From a virus (taxonomy: Duplodnaviria; Caudoviricetes): a DNA stretch of 64,000 nucleotides. Position numbers and translations under genes: made by a program. The notes below the pieces were generated by a model. That model was given only the letters and a program-made list of their open reading frames with translations, did not search any database and was not told the origin of the DNA. The stretch covers positions 1,867 to 65,866 of IMG/VR virus record IMGVR_UViG_3300037485_000206, one strand, 5' to 3'. Within the stretch, counting starts at the first letter, position 1; the number at the start of each line of letters is the position of its first letter. Below, in pieces: positions 28,281 to 40,400 of the stretch.

Positions 28281-29675
28281 ATGGCGCTAATTGTCACATC
28301 TGACTTTGAACTTAATCGTGTTGTAGCTCCGCAACTACCGACCGCGCCTGTCGTCTACGAGCCACGGTATCAGGACCAACTCAATAACATCCTGCGCTTG
28401 TATTTCAACCGACTTGATAATCTTTTGGGGCAGCTTGTGGCAACCATTGACACCGTACCCGTATCTATTGATGGCACCGTACCCGTATCTATTGGTGGCA
28501 CCAATGTAGATGCCTTTGGAAGAATCCGAGTCAGCCAACCGTATACGCTGTTTGATAGTCAGAATAGGTATACGGAAGACACTCAGTACGATACGGCATT
28601 GACAGGTACAGGAACCACAACGTATCAAGTCAACCAGTCCGCCGTAGATTTGACTGTAACTGCCGGTGGAGCCGGTTCTGTAATCAGGCAGACATACCGC
28701 AGTTTTCCATATCAGCCCGGAAAAGGGCTGCTTATGCTTGCTACATTCTGCATGGACGGGAGCGCGAGCCTGAACCTAACTCAACGGGTCGGGTACTTTA
28801 ATGCGGCCAACGGAGTGTTCTTTCAGCGCATTGACGGGACGAACTCCTTTGTTTTGCGCTCCTCGGTTACGGGGTCAGTCAGCGATGCTCGCACAGTGGC
28901 GCAGTCTGCGTGGAACGGCGACAAGTTGGACGGTACGGGGGCATCAGGCGTAACTCTTGATTCTGCCAAGTCACAGATTTTGTGGATGGACTTTGAGTGG
29001 TTGGGCGTAGGTTCGGTGCGTTGTGGCTTCATTATCAACGGTGCGTACATCGTCTGCCATACATTCACCAACGCTAACGAGATTACCACCACCTACATGA
29101 CGACGGCTATTTTGCCTGTTCGGTATGAGATTACCTCTACCTCGGCGGTGGCCGCAACGCTTAAACAAATCTGCTCTTCCGTTATGTCTGAAGGCGGCTA
29201 CGACGCACAATCAGCAAACTACGCCGCACGCCGCACAACGAAAAAAACCGGCATTTCTACGACGTTCATCCCACTCGTTTCCATCCGGCTTGCAACGGGG
29301 CGCTCTGGGGCTGTGGTGCTGGTTACGCAGGGGAATGCGTTGCCGATTGTTACGCAGAATTACGAGGTAGTGGTATTCAAAAACGCTACCCTGACCGGGG
29401 CGTCATGGGCAACTTCCATATCGACCAACGTGGACTACGACCAGACTGCCACGGCAGTGACGGGCGGCACCATTGTGTCGCAAGATTACGTGTCCTCAAC
29501 ATCTCAAGGCCGCAGCGAAGCGCGTGTGGTTTCCGGCTACAACTGGGACTTGCAGCTTGGCTCCACGATTGCGGGGGTGAGTGATATCTACACGCTGGCA
29601 ATCCGCACACTTGACGCCACCCCAACGGGCGACGCTTGGGGAGCACTCTCCTTCTTCGACTTGACAACCCAGTAA
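28281..29675 (+). CDS. virion protein with lectin-like domain
   Basis: LNNILRLYFNRL N-terminus; DAFGRIRVSQPYTLFD, YQPGK, EWLGVGSVRCGF. Confidence 0.7.
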   Translation: MALIVTSDFELNRVVAPQLPTAPVVYEPRYQDQLNNILRLYFNRLDNLLGQLVATIDTVPVSIDGTVPVSIGGTNVDAFGRIRVSQPYTLFDSQNRYTEDTQYDTALTGTGTTTYQVNQSAVDLTVTAGGAGSVIRQTYRSFPYQPGKGLLMLATFCMDGSASLNLTQRVGYFNAANGVFFQRIDGTNSFVLRSSVTGSVSDARTVAQSAWNGDKLDGTGASGVTLDSAKSQILWMDFEWLGVGSVRCGFIINGAYIVCHTFTNANEITTTYMTTAILPVRYEITSTSAVAATLKQICSSVMSEGGYDAQSANYAARRTTKKTGISTTFIPLVSIRLATGRSGAVVLVTQGNALPIVTQNYEVVVFKNATLTGASWATSISTNVDYDQTATAVTGGTIVSQDYVSSTSQGRSEARVVSGYNWDLQLGSTIAGVSDIYTLAIRTLDATPTGDAWGALSFFDLTTQ

Positions 29676-29704
29676 TTGCCTGTTGAACCCCCGCGTGATA
29701 CGAT
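29676..29704 (+). promoter_or_regulatory. putative sigma70 promoter for the ejection-protein operon
   Basis: TTGCCT-17 nt-TACGAT with TGn extension. Confidence 0.55.
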
Positions 29705-29732
29705 CCCTCCACCCCTTTTCTATGAGGCACAC

Positions 29733-31043
29733 ATGAGCCTTCAACTAGCTGCTCAACACCTCGCTGATCAAGGCCGAGGCCCAGATACCACGCTTGTCCA
29801 TATGGGTCCGGGCGAGGTTGACGCTTTGCAAGGACTTGCACGCGCTGCGGGGGGTTCGCTCTCTACCAATCCCCAAACGGGACTCCCGGAAGCGGGGTTC
29901 CTGTCTTCAATCCTACCAGTACTTGCTGGTGCAGCGGGCTCCTTTGTAGGCATCCCTCCTTGGGTAACTATGGCACTTGTGGGTGGGGTTACGGGTGCAG
30001 CCACAGGTAACTTGAACAAAGGGTTGATGGCAGGACTTGGCGCTTATGGAGGTTCAAGTCTTGCGGGCGGGCTTGGCGCAATGGGTGCGGGTGGGGCAGG
30101 AACAGCGAGCGCGGCGGGTAGTGCAGGAGCGGCGGGGGCAGCAGTTCCAGCGGCATCGACAGCGGCAGTGGCTCCAGTAGCCAGCACAGTGGCTCCAGTA
30201 GCCAGCACAGCCGGGGCAACAATGCCTGCAATCACACCATCGTCATTTGCTCCGCTTTCGCAACAAGTATCTGCTATACCCGCTGGAGTGACTGAAGCAT
30301 CTCAGGGTTTGGTAAGCGTACCTAAAGCTGTTGGGGCATCCGCAATTACACCTCAAGCTGCGGCCCCCGTCGCGACTCAAGTGGCAGCTACTACGCCCGC
30401 AATGATGGGGCCACCGACACCCTACAGTGCGATGAGTCCAGCGCAGCGTTTTGCAGAAGTACAGAACAACTTCACTGGAGAAAATCTCCTGAAGTATGCT
30501 TCAGATAACCCAAAGACAACTGCGGCGGCTTTTGCTCCATTGGCTATGAACCTGATGAAGCCGAAGAAGTACAAGGAAGAGCCAGAAGACGCAGATCGCG
30601 GCACGGAATACGACTACGATCCCGGCACGGTAAGCCCATTCCCTACGCCGGATGGAACCGAGCAACGGTACTTCAACCCACGCTATGTCCCACGTACAAC
30701 CTCTCGGTTTGCTATGGGCGGTATTGCTGACGGGCTGTCTTCGGCGCAGTCGCACCTTGGCAGCTACTCTGCTGGTGGGCGCGGTCGGTTGTTGCGCGGT
30801 CCCGGTGATGGTGTATCTGACTCGATCCCTGCGACTATTGGCGGCAAGCAGCCCGCTCGGTTGGCTGATGGCGAGTTCGTGATTCCAGCGCGTATCGTGT
30901 CGGAACTGGGTAATGGCTCTACCGAGGCTGGCTCCAAGCAACTCTACGCCATGATGGATCGCATCCAGCGTGCTCGGCGCAAAACCACGGGCAAGAAGAA
31001 AGTGGCCGTCAATACCAAAGCACATAAGCTGATGCCTGCGTAA
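29733..31043 (+). CDS. putative internal virion/ejection protein
   Basis: GRGPDTTLVHM...NPQTGLPEA, Gly/Ala hydrophobic stretch, GPGDGVSDSIPA...LADGEFVI. Confidence 0.75.
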   Translation: MSLQLAAQHLADQGRGPDTTLVHMGPGEVDALQGLARAAGGSLSTNPQTGLPEAGFLSSILPVLAGAAGSFVGIPPWVTMALVGGVTGAATGNLNKGLMAGLGAYGGSSLAGGLGAMGAGGAGTASAAGSAGAAGAAVPAASTAAVAPVASTVAPVASTAGATMPAITPSSFAPLSQQVSAIPAGVTEASQGLVSVPKAVGASAITPQAAAPVATQVAATTPAMMGPPTPYSAMSPAQRFAEVQNNFTGENLLKYASDNPKTTAAAFAPLAMNLMKPKKYKEEPEDADRGTEYDYDPGTVSPFPTPDGTEQRYFNPRYVPRTTSRFAMGGIADGLSSAQSHLGSYSAGGRGRLLRGPGDGVSDSIPATIGGKQPARLADGEFVIPARIVSELGNGSTEAGSKQLYAMMDRIQRARRKTTGKKKVAVNTKAHKLMPA

Positions 31044-31465
31044 TGGATATCAGTCTTGTAGCTCCGGGGCAAGTCGTTGCTGTGGCAGCGCGTATCTTGC
31101 CCTATCTGCAAGTGTCGGCGGAATGGAGTGCAGGACGCTCGTCGGTAGATGACATTGTTCGATTTGTTTTGACAGGACAGATGCATCTTTGGGCTGTCTA
31201 CGACGATAATGGCGTGCATGGGCATCTCGTAACTGAGATCAAACAGTACCCACAGGCCAAGTTTCTGACCATCCAGTACTGCGCTATGGAGCCGGGGACG
31301 ATGGAAGAGGTAGAAGACAAGATGCAGGAATACGCTGAACGCTTTGCGCGGGATGCGGGATGCACAGGCATCGAGTTCGTTGGCCGTCCCGGCTGGCGCA
31401 AAACAGCAAACAGGTACGGGTACGATCTGCATTCGGTTACGTACCAAAAGATCTTTAAGGACTAA
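31043..31465 (+). CDS. GNAT-fold-like protein
   Basis: FARDAGCTGIEFVGRPGWRK; position among internal virion genes. Confidence 0.55.
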   Translation: MDISLVAPGQVVAVAARILPYLQVSAEWSAGRSSVDDIVRFVLTGQMHLWAVYDDNGVHGHLVTEIKQYPQAKFLTIQYCAMEPGTMEEVEDKMQEYAERFARDAGCTGIEFVGRPGWRKTANRYGYDLHSVTYQKIFKD

Positions 31466-31468
31466 ATC

Positions 31469-32335
31469 ATGAGCGGTGGCGGCAAACAACCATCTAGTAC
31501 CACACAGACGCAAGATCTTCCTGCATGGGCTAGACCGTATGCAAAAGATGTGCTTGCTAAGGGCGCTGCGCTTACTGATATTGAGCAGAACCCGTACCAA
31601 CTCTACGAGGGCGAGCGCACTGCGGGCTTTAGTCCATTGCAGCAGCAGTCTTTCCAAAACGCTTCGACCCTTGGGTATGACCCAGTAGGGCAGCAGTACA
31701 CGGGAGCAAATGTCGGGCAGTACATGAACCCGTATTTGCAAGAGGCGTTGGCTCCTCAACTGCGTGAAGCTGCTAGTGCAGGTATGCAAGCGCAGAATAT
31801 GAACGCTGCCAAGGCTGTCGGCCAAGGCGCATTCGGCGGTACTCGCGGAGCGCTGCAGCAGTCACTGACTGAAAAGAACGTGCTGCAGAATATGGCAGAC
31901 ATCAACGCTAAAGGATATGGCGACGCCTTCAATCAGGCAGCGGGGATGTTCAATCAGGACCAAGCACGCCGTATTCAGGAAGCGCAGTACGGTGCTCAGT
32001 ACGGCATGGATGTCAACAAGCTGCAGAACACGTATGGGCAGCAACAGCAAGCGCTGGCCCAAAAACAGAAAGATATCGACTACCAGACCTTTGTAGATCA
32101 GAAAAACTACGCTCAGAATCAACTGGGCTTCATGTCCGATCTGGTTCGCGGCACCCCGACAGGAAGCTCCTCTACGACTAAAGCATATGGTGGCTCCGGC
32201 GACCCCCTGACTACTGTGGCTGGACTAGGCGCTATTGGTAAGGGCGCAGGGATGTTCAAGAAGGGTGGCTCGGTTAAGAGCAAAAAGGCCAGCGGACTTG
32301 GCGTGTTGGCAATGCACAAGATTGCAAAGGGCTGA
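31469..32335 (+). CDS. ejection/pilot protein
   Basis: Gln-rich; YMNPY, GAFGGTR motifs. Confidence 0.7.
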   Translation: MSGGGKQPSSTTQTQDLPAWARPYAKDVLAKGAALTDIEQNPYQLYEGERTAGFSPLQQQSFQNASTLGYDPVGQQYTGANVGQYMNPYLQEALAPQLREAASAGMQAQNMNAAKAVGQGAFGGTRGALQQSLTEKNVLQNMADINAKGYGDAFNQAAGMFNQDQARRIQEAQYGAQYGMDVNKLQNTYGQQQQALAQKQKDIDYQTFVDQKNYAQNQLGFMSDLVRGTPTGSSSTTKAYGGSGDPLTTVAGLGAIGKGAGMFKKGGSVKSKKASGLGVLAMHKIAKG

Positions 32336-32337
32336 TC

Positions 32338-34428
32338 ATGAGCATCGCTTCTCTCGCTAGTCCCACCGCCGACCCGCAGCAACTTGCCAGTATGCTGACG
32401 CGGCTTAGCCCGCAGCAGCTACAAGCATACGCACAAGCGCACCAAAACGACATGCTGGTTGTGTCGATGGTGATGGCCGAACAGTCGCGCCGCCAAAAGC
32501 AAAACACGGCCATGCAAGGCGCTCAGCCGCAGCAACCCTCTGTGCGAGACCAAGTTATATCGCAGGGATTGCCAGAAGAATCAGGCATTGCTCAGCTTCC
32601 AGCACCCAATATGCAGAACATGGCAGGCGGTGGGATCGTTGCGTTTGCGGGAGGTAAGGAAGTTAAAGGGGACCGAAAAGCCGCATTTATGGAAGAGTAC
32701 GGAACCGCTGCGCAATACGCAGGTGAGCGCTTGGGGGTTGATCCTCAGATCCTGTTGGCGCAATGGGGGCTTGAATCTGACTATGGCCGTAAGACCGTGG
32801 GCAAGTTCAACCTTGGCAACATCAAAGATGTGACCGGCAAAGGCCCACGCGCACTTGATAAAGCTGAGGGGTCTAGGGATGCATATAAGTCTTACGACAG
32901 TCCCGAAGACTTCGCCGCCGACTACGCAGGGCTTATCTCTCGACGGTTCCCAGAAGCAATGGGCGCGGGCAGTGACGTAGCCAGATTTAGCGCGGGACTT
33001 AAGACGGGTCAACAAGGCGGATACGCAACAGATCCAAACTATGCGGCCAAGTTGGCTGCTACCAGTGCAGGTCTTGGCGGTACACCACAAGCGCAAGCAG
33101 AGCCGAAAGCGTACTCGTATAGCGAGAATGTAGGCACTATCCCCGGCGCTACCCCTGATCCAAGACAGTCTTTTATGGGACCAGCAGCACCGCCCCCACG
33201 AGATCGTGACTTTGGCGGCTTGGGCAGAGCACTTGGTGCGGCAGAAGGCTTCGGATCTCTCGCATCGGTTGTTCCTGCTATACCTATTGGGCTGCTTAAA
33301 ACGGCGCTTAGGGAGGACGATAAGTCCTTTGAGCAGAATTTTGGCGAGAGTATTTGGACTCCACGCACTGATACGGGACAGGGGGTTGTTCGCGGAGTTG
33401 GGGAAGTCATGGAGGCGCTTAAAATACCCGCAATGCCGTTTATGACGGGGGCAGCAGCGTCAACTCGTGGAGTTACTGCCGCACAAAGAGCCGCGAAAGA
33501 AGCGGAAGCAGCGGCGGCGCTTGCAGGTAAGAAGGTTGCCACTCCTCGGTTGGCCTCTATCCCTGAAGATACGAGCGTGATGGGAAGGATGCGTAGTGGG
33601 TTGGGAGATATTGCACGAAGAGATGTCGATCAAGCCAATGCGGCGCGTTTAGGTGTAGAAGCTAAGATCGCCCCGCTCAAAGTTCAAAACGAGATGTTAA
33701 AGGTTGGTGATCAGACGGCCAACACACTTTACGGGCAAGGAGTCGCAAACAGAGCCGCTAGAGCAGGGCTCACAGGCTTGGGCGCTACTGCTGCGGCCAA
33801 CGCTGCTCCTGAAGATATGCCGTCTGGGCTGGCCGCTGCCGCACAAGCGGAGCAGCCTGCTGCCGCTATCAATCCTGCGGATCTTAGCAAGGACGACAAG
33901 AAGGACTTGGTCGATACCGCCAAGGCTACGGTTCCTGCTGCTGATCGTAAGAAGACCGGCTTCGATAACGATGACTGGATGATGCTCGGCTTGCAGCTAC
34001 TCGCAGGCAATAAGGCAGGCGTTACTCCGTTTGAAGCGCTGGGTAAGGCAGGTATCGCCACGCTTGGCAGCAAGAAAGAGCGTGAGAAGGCTGAGCGCGA
34101 GCAGGAAAGCCAGAAGTTCATTGATGAATTGCGGCAGTCACAGGCAGGTCTGGCTGGTGCGCAAGCAGAGTACTACGGCGAAGGCAAGAAGATGAATGAT
34201 GCCAACACTGCCGTAGAGAAAGCCTTCAAGAATTGGATTGACGCGCAAAAGCTTAATCCGTTGACTAAGCTGGAACTGACTCCAGAAAGGGAGCGGGCAG
34301 AGTACAACCGAATCTTGCGTGATACCTATGAAAGGTTTAACATCCCGTTGCCTGCAGGCGTTCTACCTGCTGGCCCTCAAAGCGGCGCTTCCTTAAAGTA
34401 TGACGCTGCAACGGGGACAATTAAATAA
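32338..34428 (+). CDS. ejection protein with GH73 (FlgJ-like) peptidoglycan hydrolase domain
   Basis: LAQWGLESDYG...NLGNIK...YDSPED...GYATDPNYAAKL. Confidence 0.8.
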   Translation: MSIASLASPTADPQQLASMLTRLSPQQLQAYAQAHQNDMLVVSMVMAEQSRRQKQNTAMQGAQPQQPSVRDQVISQGLPEESGIAQLPAPNMQNMAGGGIVAFAGGKEVKGDRKAAFMEEYGTAAQYAGERLGVDPQILLAQWGLESDYGRKTVGKFNLGNIKDVTGKGPRALDKAEGSRDAYKSYDSPEDFAADYAGLISRRFPEAMGAGSDVARFSAGLKTGQQGGYATDPNYAAKLAATSAGLGGTPQAQAEPKAYSYSENVGTIPGATPDPRQSFMGPAAPPPRDRDFGGLGRALGAAEGFGSLASVVPAIPIGLLKTALREDDKSFEQNFGESIWTPRTDTGQGVVRGVGEVMEALKIPAMPFMTGAAASTRGVTAAQRAAKEAEAAAALAGKKVATPRLASIPEDTSVMGRMRSGLGDIARRDVDQANAARLGVEAKIAPLKVQNEMLKVGDQTANTLYGQGVANRAARAGLTGLGATAAANAAPEDMPSGLAAAAQAEQPAAAINPADLSKDDKKDLVDTAKATVPAADRKKTGFDNDDWMMLGLQLLAGNKAGVTPFEALGKAGIATLGSKKEREKAEREQESQKFIDELRQSQAGLAGAQAEYYGEGKKMNDANTAVEKAFKNWIDAQKLNPLTKLELTPERERAEYNRILRDTYERFNIPLPAGVLPAGPQSGASLKYDAATGTIK

Positions 34429-34438
34429 CAGGTGACCT

Positions 34439-37400
34439 ATGCCATATACCGTTGAGCTTCCTGATGGACGATCTGTAGAGTTTCCAGACGACGTACCAAA
34501 AGAGAAGGCAGCGGAGATAATCCGATCCCAGCTAGGGATCGGAGAAGGCAAAAAAGGGCTCGGAGCCGCTGTTGCCAAAGGCACAGAGTCGATGGTCAGC
34601 CAGATGCGGTCTGGCCTCGGAGGCATCTTTAGCTCCCCGGAAGAAGCCGCTACTGCGGGTCTTGAGCGCGGTAAGGGCATCAACACCGAGTACGCTGACC
34701 AGATCGGTTTCGATAAGGTCAAGGAAGCCTACGGCAGGGGGCTGCTCCCCGCTGCCGGGGAAGTGATTCGTCAGGTTCCTCTGGCTCTTGCGGAGCAACT
34801 GCCCAACCTTGCCACGATGGCTGGTGGAGCAAAAGCAGGCGCTATGGCACTTGCCCGCGCCACGCCGTATGGCCGCATTATTGGCGGTATTGCTGGCGCA
34901 CTCGCCCCCTCGGCGGTGCAGCAGTTTGGTGGCAACATCGAGCGGCAAGCCGCTGAACAACAGGAAGCAGAGCAGCCCGTTGCTATTGATCGTGGCGCAG
35001 CCCTTGCCGCGACTGCCGTCCAAGCACCGCTTGACGTACTCGGCAACTACATCCCGCTGGGCGGGCGTCTGGTTGGCAAACTGGTTGGCATCCCTGAGAA
35101 GGCGCTGCTTGCCGACACCACTGGCAAAGTCGCCAAACTGGCCGAGGAGAAACTGCTCGCCACGCTGGCAAAAGGTACTGGCGTAGGCATCTTGGCCGAA
35201 GTCCCAACGGAAGTTACCCAGCAGATGCTGGAGCGGGCACAGGCAGGCTTGTCGCTTACCGACGCAGATGCGCTCAAAGAATACGGCGAGACCATCTACC
35301 AGACAGCGCTGCTTGGCCCTCTGGGTGCAGTTGGGCGTGTGTCCGAGAGAGCAGGCGCTCGTTCCCAGATCGATCAGCAAAAGCAAGAAGAGCAGCGGCA
35401 AGCACAGATCCTGCAAGCAAATCTAGAGCAGCAACAGCAAGCAGCAACTGCGGCGGCGCAGAAGCAAGCCGAGATTGAAGAGGCGCAGTATCGCCAGTCC
35501 CCTCAGTTCGTTGCTGACGCAGAGCAAGCCTACGCTACGCTGCAACAGGAAGTGGCAACCCTAAACGCTGCGCTGAGAACCAAGGTTGGGCCTGACGATC
35601 TGGCAGGAGTGGCCGCTAGAAAAGAAGCACGGGACAGGTTGCGGGAGATCAATAAGGATCCCAAGACCGCGAAGATCGTCCAAGACTATCGCGATGCACA
35701 GAAGATGAAGCCTCCTGCGGCAGGGGCTCCCCCCGCAGCCACTCCTCCCGCTGCGGCTGGAACTCCCGCCGCTGCTGGCCCAGTACTCGCACTACCTGCG
35801 CCTACTCCTGAAGAACCTGCTCCTGAACCCAAGCCTGAACCGCTAGAGGGTTTGATGCAGCAGTACGACGAATTGGAGCAGCAGTCCAACTCGCTTGCCG
35901 ACAGGCTGCAACAGGCTGGCGCAGCCAAGGACACCGAAGCACACTCGACGCTGCTGGAGCAGTACAAGGGCATCGAGGACCGACGCAAAGCAATCGGTGC
36001 AAAGATCGAACAGCAGGGCGGCGTAGCGGGGTACGCCCTCGATAAGCCACCAGAAGAGTTCAAGGGTCTGCCTGTGCATCAGGAAGAACTTGCCGAGATT
36101 GAAAAGAAGATCAAAGCCGCTACCAAAGCGGCAGAGAACGCAGGCACAAATGGTGAGTTTGCTTTGCAGAACAAAGCGCTTGCCAAGCTGGATGCACTGA
36201 ATACGCAGAAGCAAGCGCTTCAGCAAGACATCGAGAAGCGGCGTGACGCCATCAAGAAGCAGCAGGCCGTTGCGTCCACGGGTACTGGCGAGACCATGCC
36301 CCTGTTCACGAAGGGCGAAGCCCCGCCATCCCCGGCTGGGGTAGATACGCCTAACGTCACTGAGCGAGCACGCGGTCTTGCCAACAAGCCTTCGGAAGCC
36401 AAGCCAGTGCCCAGACGCGCACGCGCTGCGAAGGAAGAGACTGGCCCTACCACGCCCAATATGTTCGACCAGTTGGCGGAACAGGACCGTGCAGAAGAAG
36501 AGCGAAACCTTCGCGAGCGCGGGCAGACGCGCCCACTGTTCACAGAAGAACAGGCTCCGCTTCCGAAAGCCGAAACCGAAGACAAAGCGCCGCAGCGGTA
36601 CAACACCGTCAAAGAGTCTGGAGAACTGATCGAAGGTCGTTCACCAAGACGGGACCGAGAAGGCATTCTGGACAATGCCCCTGAAGAAACTCGTAGCGAA
36701 GCAGGGCGGATGCATGACATCTTCAGCCCCTTCAACATATACAGCACCGATCTTCGTAACGGTGAGCTTCTTGGTGATTTTGCCCGTAATGTAGGCCGCG
36801 CCAAAGATCGAGAAGCGCGTACCCAGAGCTTGGACGCCAAGGCTGCGGATCAAAGGCGTTTCATGGAGGCGATGGAGCAGCGCCTCAACCTTCCGGGGCG
36901 CAAGCGTGTTCGCGCAGTCTTCCCTATTCAGGATTTCCAGCCCTCTAAATTCCAGCCGTTTGACCCCTACGTCAAGACGATGGATGACATTCAGGCGCTT
37001 AGAGACAGGATCGAACAAAAGGGTAAAGCCAACAAGTCGATTCTCCAGCAGGCAGTAGACGCATATGCTGCTCGTGAAAAATACAACGAGCTTTTGGATA
37101 AGGGCGTAATGCCCTTGCTGACACCCGCAAGTATGCCGCTCAAGTTCGAGAGTTGGCTTAAAGGGATTCAGAAGCTAAACAACAAGATCAGCTATAGCAA
37201 GAGCGTAGTGCCGGGGGAGTTCACCGAGGTCAAGCCAATGCCACCCCTCGGCATGAAAGACAAGGTTGATGCACTTGCGGCAAAGGCCAAGGGCGAAAAA
37301 GAACTTACTCGCCCACTGACCAAAAACGAAATTAAGCAGATCAGGGATAAGCGCGATTCTGCGGACAGGGTGTACAACAAGCTTGTCACCGAAAAGATCA

Positions 37401-40400
37401 CGCCCGCCACCAATCAGATCTTTGCTCTGTATGAGAGCCTGTACGAGGTCAGCGACGTAGAGGCATACGACAAGACTACTGCTCGCAAAACCGCTGATGT
37501 CGAGACACTAGGGCGCACCCGCAACAAGGTGTCTAAAGAGGCTGATGTAGCCGCTCGCTTCCGTGAGGGAGATGTAAGGAAGGAAGTCGCCAATTCCCAA
37601 ACCATGCAGGATTTTGCCGACAAGGCAGGCCGCGAGTCAGAGGTGTATCTCGCCGCAAGCGCACAGTTTGCCAAGCGGCTAGGCGCTACTATCAACGAGT
37701 ACGGCGAACTCGAAGTAGGAGCCAACAAGCGCAACGGGGATAAGGTAGAAGCGGCAAACATAGAGCTTGATGAGATCGCTATGCGCGAAGGGCGTAAGAC
37801 CCCGGCATACAAAGCGGAACTGAAGAAGTCTGTCGAGCGCCTACAGGACGCGATCTCTTACAGCAATCAGACGCAACAGACCAAGCGCACGGAGCAAGTG
37901 GTTCGCAAGACTACCGTCGAGCCGACGACCATGCGTACAGGCTCCGAGGACAGCAAGGAAGGCGCTACCACCACCACGGTCAAGCGCGGCGCTACGTCAG
38001 CGGAGATCAGTCCTAAGCGCAAGCCTGCTCCTGCGGCAGCAGAAACGCCAGCCGCTGAACCCGCCGAGCAAGCCGAAGTGCCACGGTCAGCAACGGACAA
38101 GCGTGCGCCACCTACGGAAGAAGACGGCCCGCGTAAGCCGAAGGTCAGCCAGACGCCTGCGTCTCAAGAAAAGAAGCGGGACGAAACACCAGAGGAAGCC
38201 AAGGCCAGACTCGAAGCTGTAGCCGACAAGGCTAGAACGCTGCTGATAAAGGAGAGTGACCGCCTCGATGCATTTAGGAACGAGCTTACTGACTTAGAGG
38301 ATGAGTTAGATGCGAGTCAGGTCAGACTTGCTGAAGAAGAGGCGCAGGGCCGAGGAACTCCCACACGAGAGCTTGTGCGGGAGTACCAGAGCAGGATTGC
38401 GAACCAAAAGAATTCAATCAAGGCGCAGAACCTCGCGACCACCAGAGCGCATCTGGAGTACTCCGCAGCGGTTCGGGAAGCGCAAGCAGTCAAGGTTCCG
38501 CCAAAGGCAGCAGGGGAAAAGTTCCTGCGTGGCGTGGAGTCCAACAGCCCGGATCTGACGCCAGAGCAAGTTACTGCGCTGGAGAACAACAAGCTCACCG
38601 ATGCCCTGAAAAGCATTGCCGCCGACTCTCGCACCAGCAAGCTGAACAAAGCCGTGGCGCTGCGGTTGGCTGAACTGCTCGACAACACCAACATCAAGAT
38701 CGCCGCCAACGTCGCAGACCAGTCCGGGGCAAGCGCACTCGGCAAGGTCAACGTCAGCGGAACCCAGATCACGCTCAACCGCAAGGGCGGGCTGTCTCAA
38801 GAAACGCTGCTCCACGAAGGTACACACGCAGCGATTGAGCGTGTGCTGTCCATGCCAGACAGCCAGCTTACGGACATCCAGCGTGTCGCCAAGCGGGAAC
38901 TGATGGCACTCCACGCAGCCATCAAGAACGATCCGCGCATCACCAGCACGTTTGCCAAGGGCAGTCTGTCGGAGTTCACTGCCGAGGTGATGTCGAACCG
39001 CACGCTGCAACTGCAACTGAGCGACAAGAAGTGGAAGCTGTCCGACGCTTGGAAGGGCTTCAAGAGCATCGTGCTTCGTATGCTCGGCATCGAGCGCCCT
39101 GAGACCATGCTTGGCGCAGCGATTCAGTCAATCGATGCGTTGTTCACGCCGACGAGTATGCAGCAGAAGGGGCAGGCCAAGGGCACGAAGCTGTCCGCCA
39201 AGGACATCGCTGCGCTCCATACGGGTAGCAACTCGATGAAACAGTTTGCCGAGCAGTTCGGTACAGACTTCATCAAGCAAGCAGATCGTTCGCCGGAAGA
39301 TGCCGAACGAATCGGGCAAGATTATCTAGATCAGATGAGTTATAAGCCGGGAGATTTTGTTGCTCCTGCTGAAGAGACCAAGCTCTCATATAAAGCCATC
39401 ATGCCAGATGGGACGCCATATGACCCAGATAATGCGCTGCACTACATATCTGCCAGTGTGGAGACGTTTGCTATATTGCAAGCAGGCGGGAATGAAAATG
39501 TGCGTCGTCGAGAAGCAAGACAGATAACGAGAAAACGGGTAGATGCACTACGTCAGCTAGTCGACGATTTTTCGTTTAGTAGCCCATATACAAAAATTGA
39601 ACAAGCGCTTGTTGCTAAAGCAGCATCAAAGTACGCCATCATTGCAGACAAGAATGGGCGACTCAAAATAGCAGAAATTGCTACTAACAATAGACACCCT
39701 GTTGCCGTTGTTGGAAACAATGCGGTTGCTGCCATTATTCAAGAACTACGTGCTGGCAAGAGCCTTAAGGCGGCATTCCTTGACGGGCTGCAAAGTGAAG
39801 CCGACAAAAATGTTAAGCGTAATGGCAGCAAGAATGGGTGGCAAAAGTTTGAGCAGTCTGACGATCTCGACGATGCTGTTAAGCTAAACGCGGCTTGTGC
39901 AGGCACTTCTTGGTGTACGGCCAGTGGCGTAGAAACGGCATCGGATCAGTTAACTGATGGTGACTTTTACGTCAACTTCAAAGATGGGGTTCCTACAGTA
40001 GCTGTCCGTATGGACGGGAAAGACAAGATCGGGGAGGTTCGAGGACACACGCAAAATCAAGGGCTTACCGATGAGCAACAACAAATAGCCAAAGACTTTA
40101 TTAGCGCCAACAAGTTTGAAGGCTCTAGAGAGTATCTAAAGGAGATGGTTAAAAAAGAAACGCTTATCAGAGTCTTCCAGACTGGCTATATGACACCCAA
40201 AGACATATATGCTGTTGGAGCAGAGTACTCTTCGACAAGTGATGCAATAGAACCTAGCTGGGGGTGGTATAGATTTTCCAACCTAGATGGCTACAATCAA
40301 ATTCGGCCTAATCCCAGTGCTAAGGTGCTTAAGCGATTTACAGATATTTTAGAAATGTCTGTAGAACTGGCTATTGAAGACGGTCACTATGTTATTGGAT

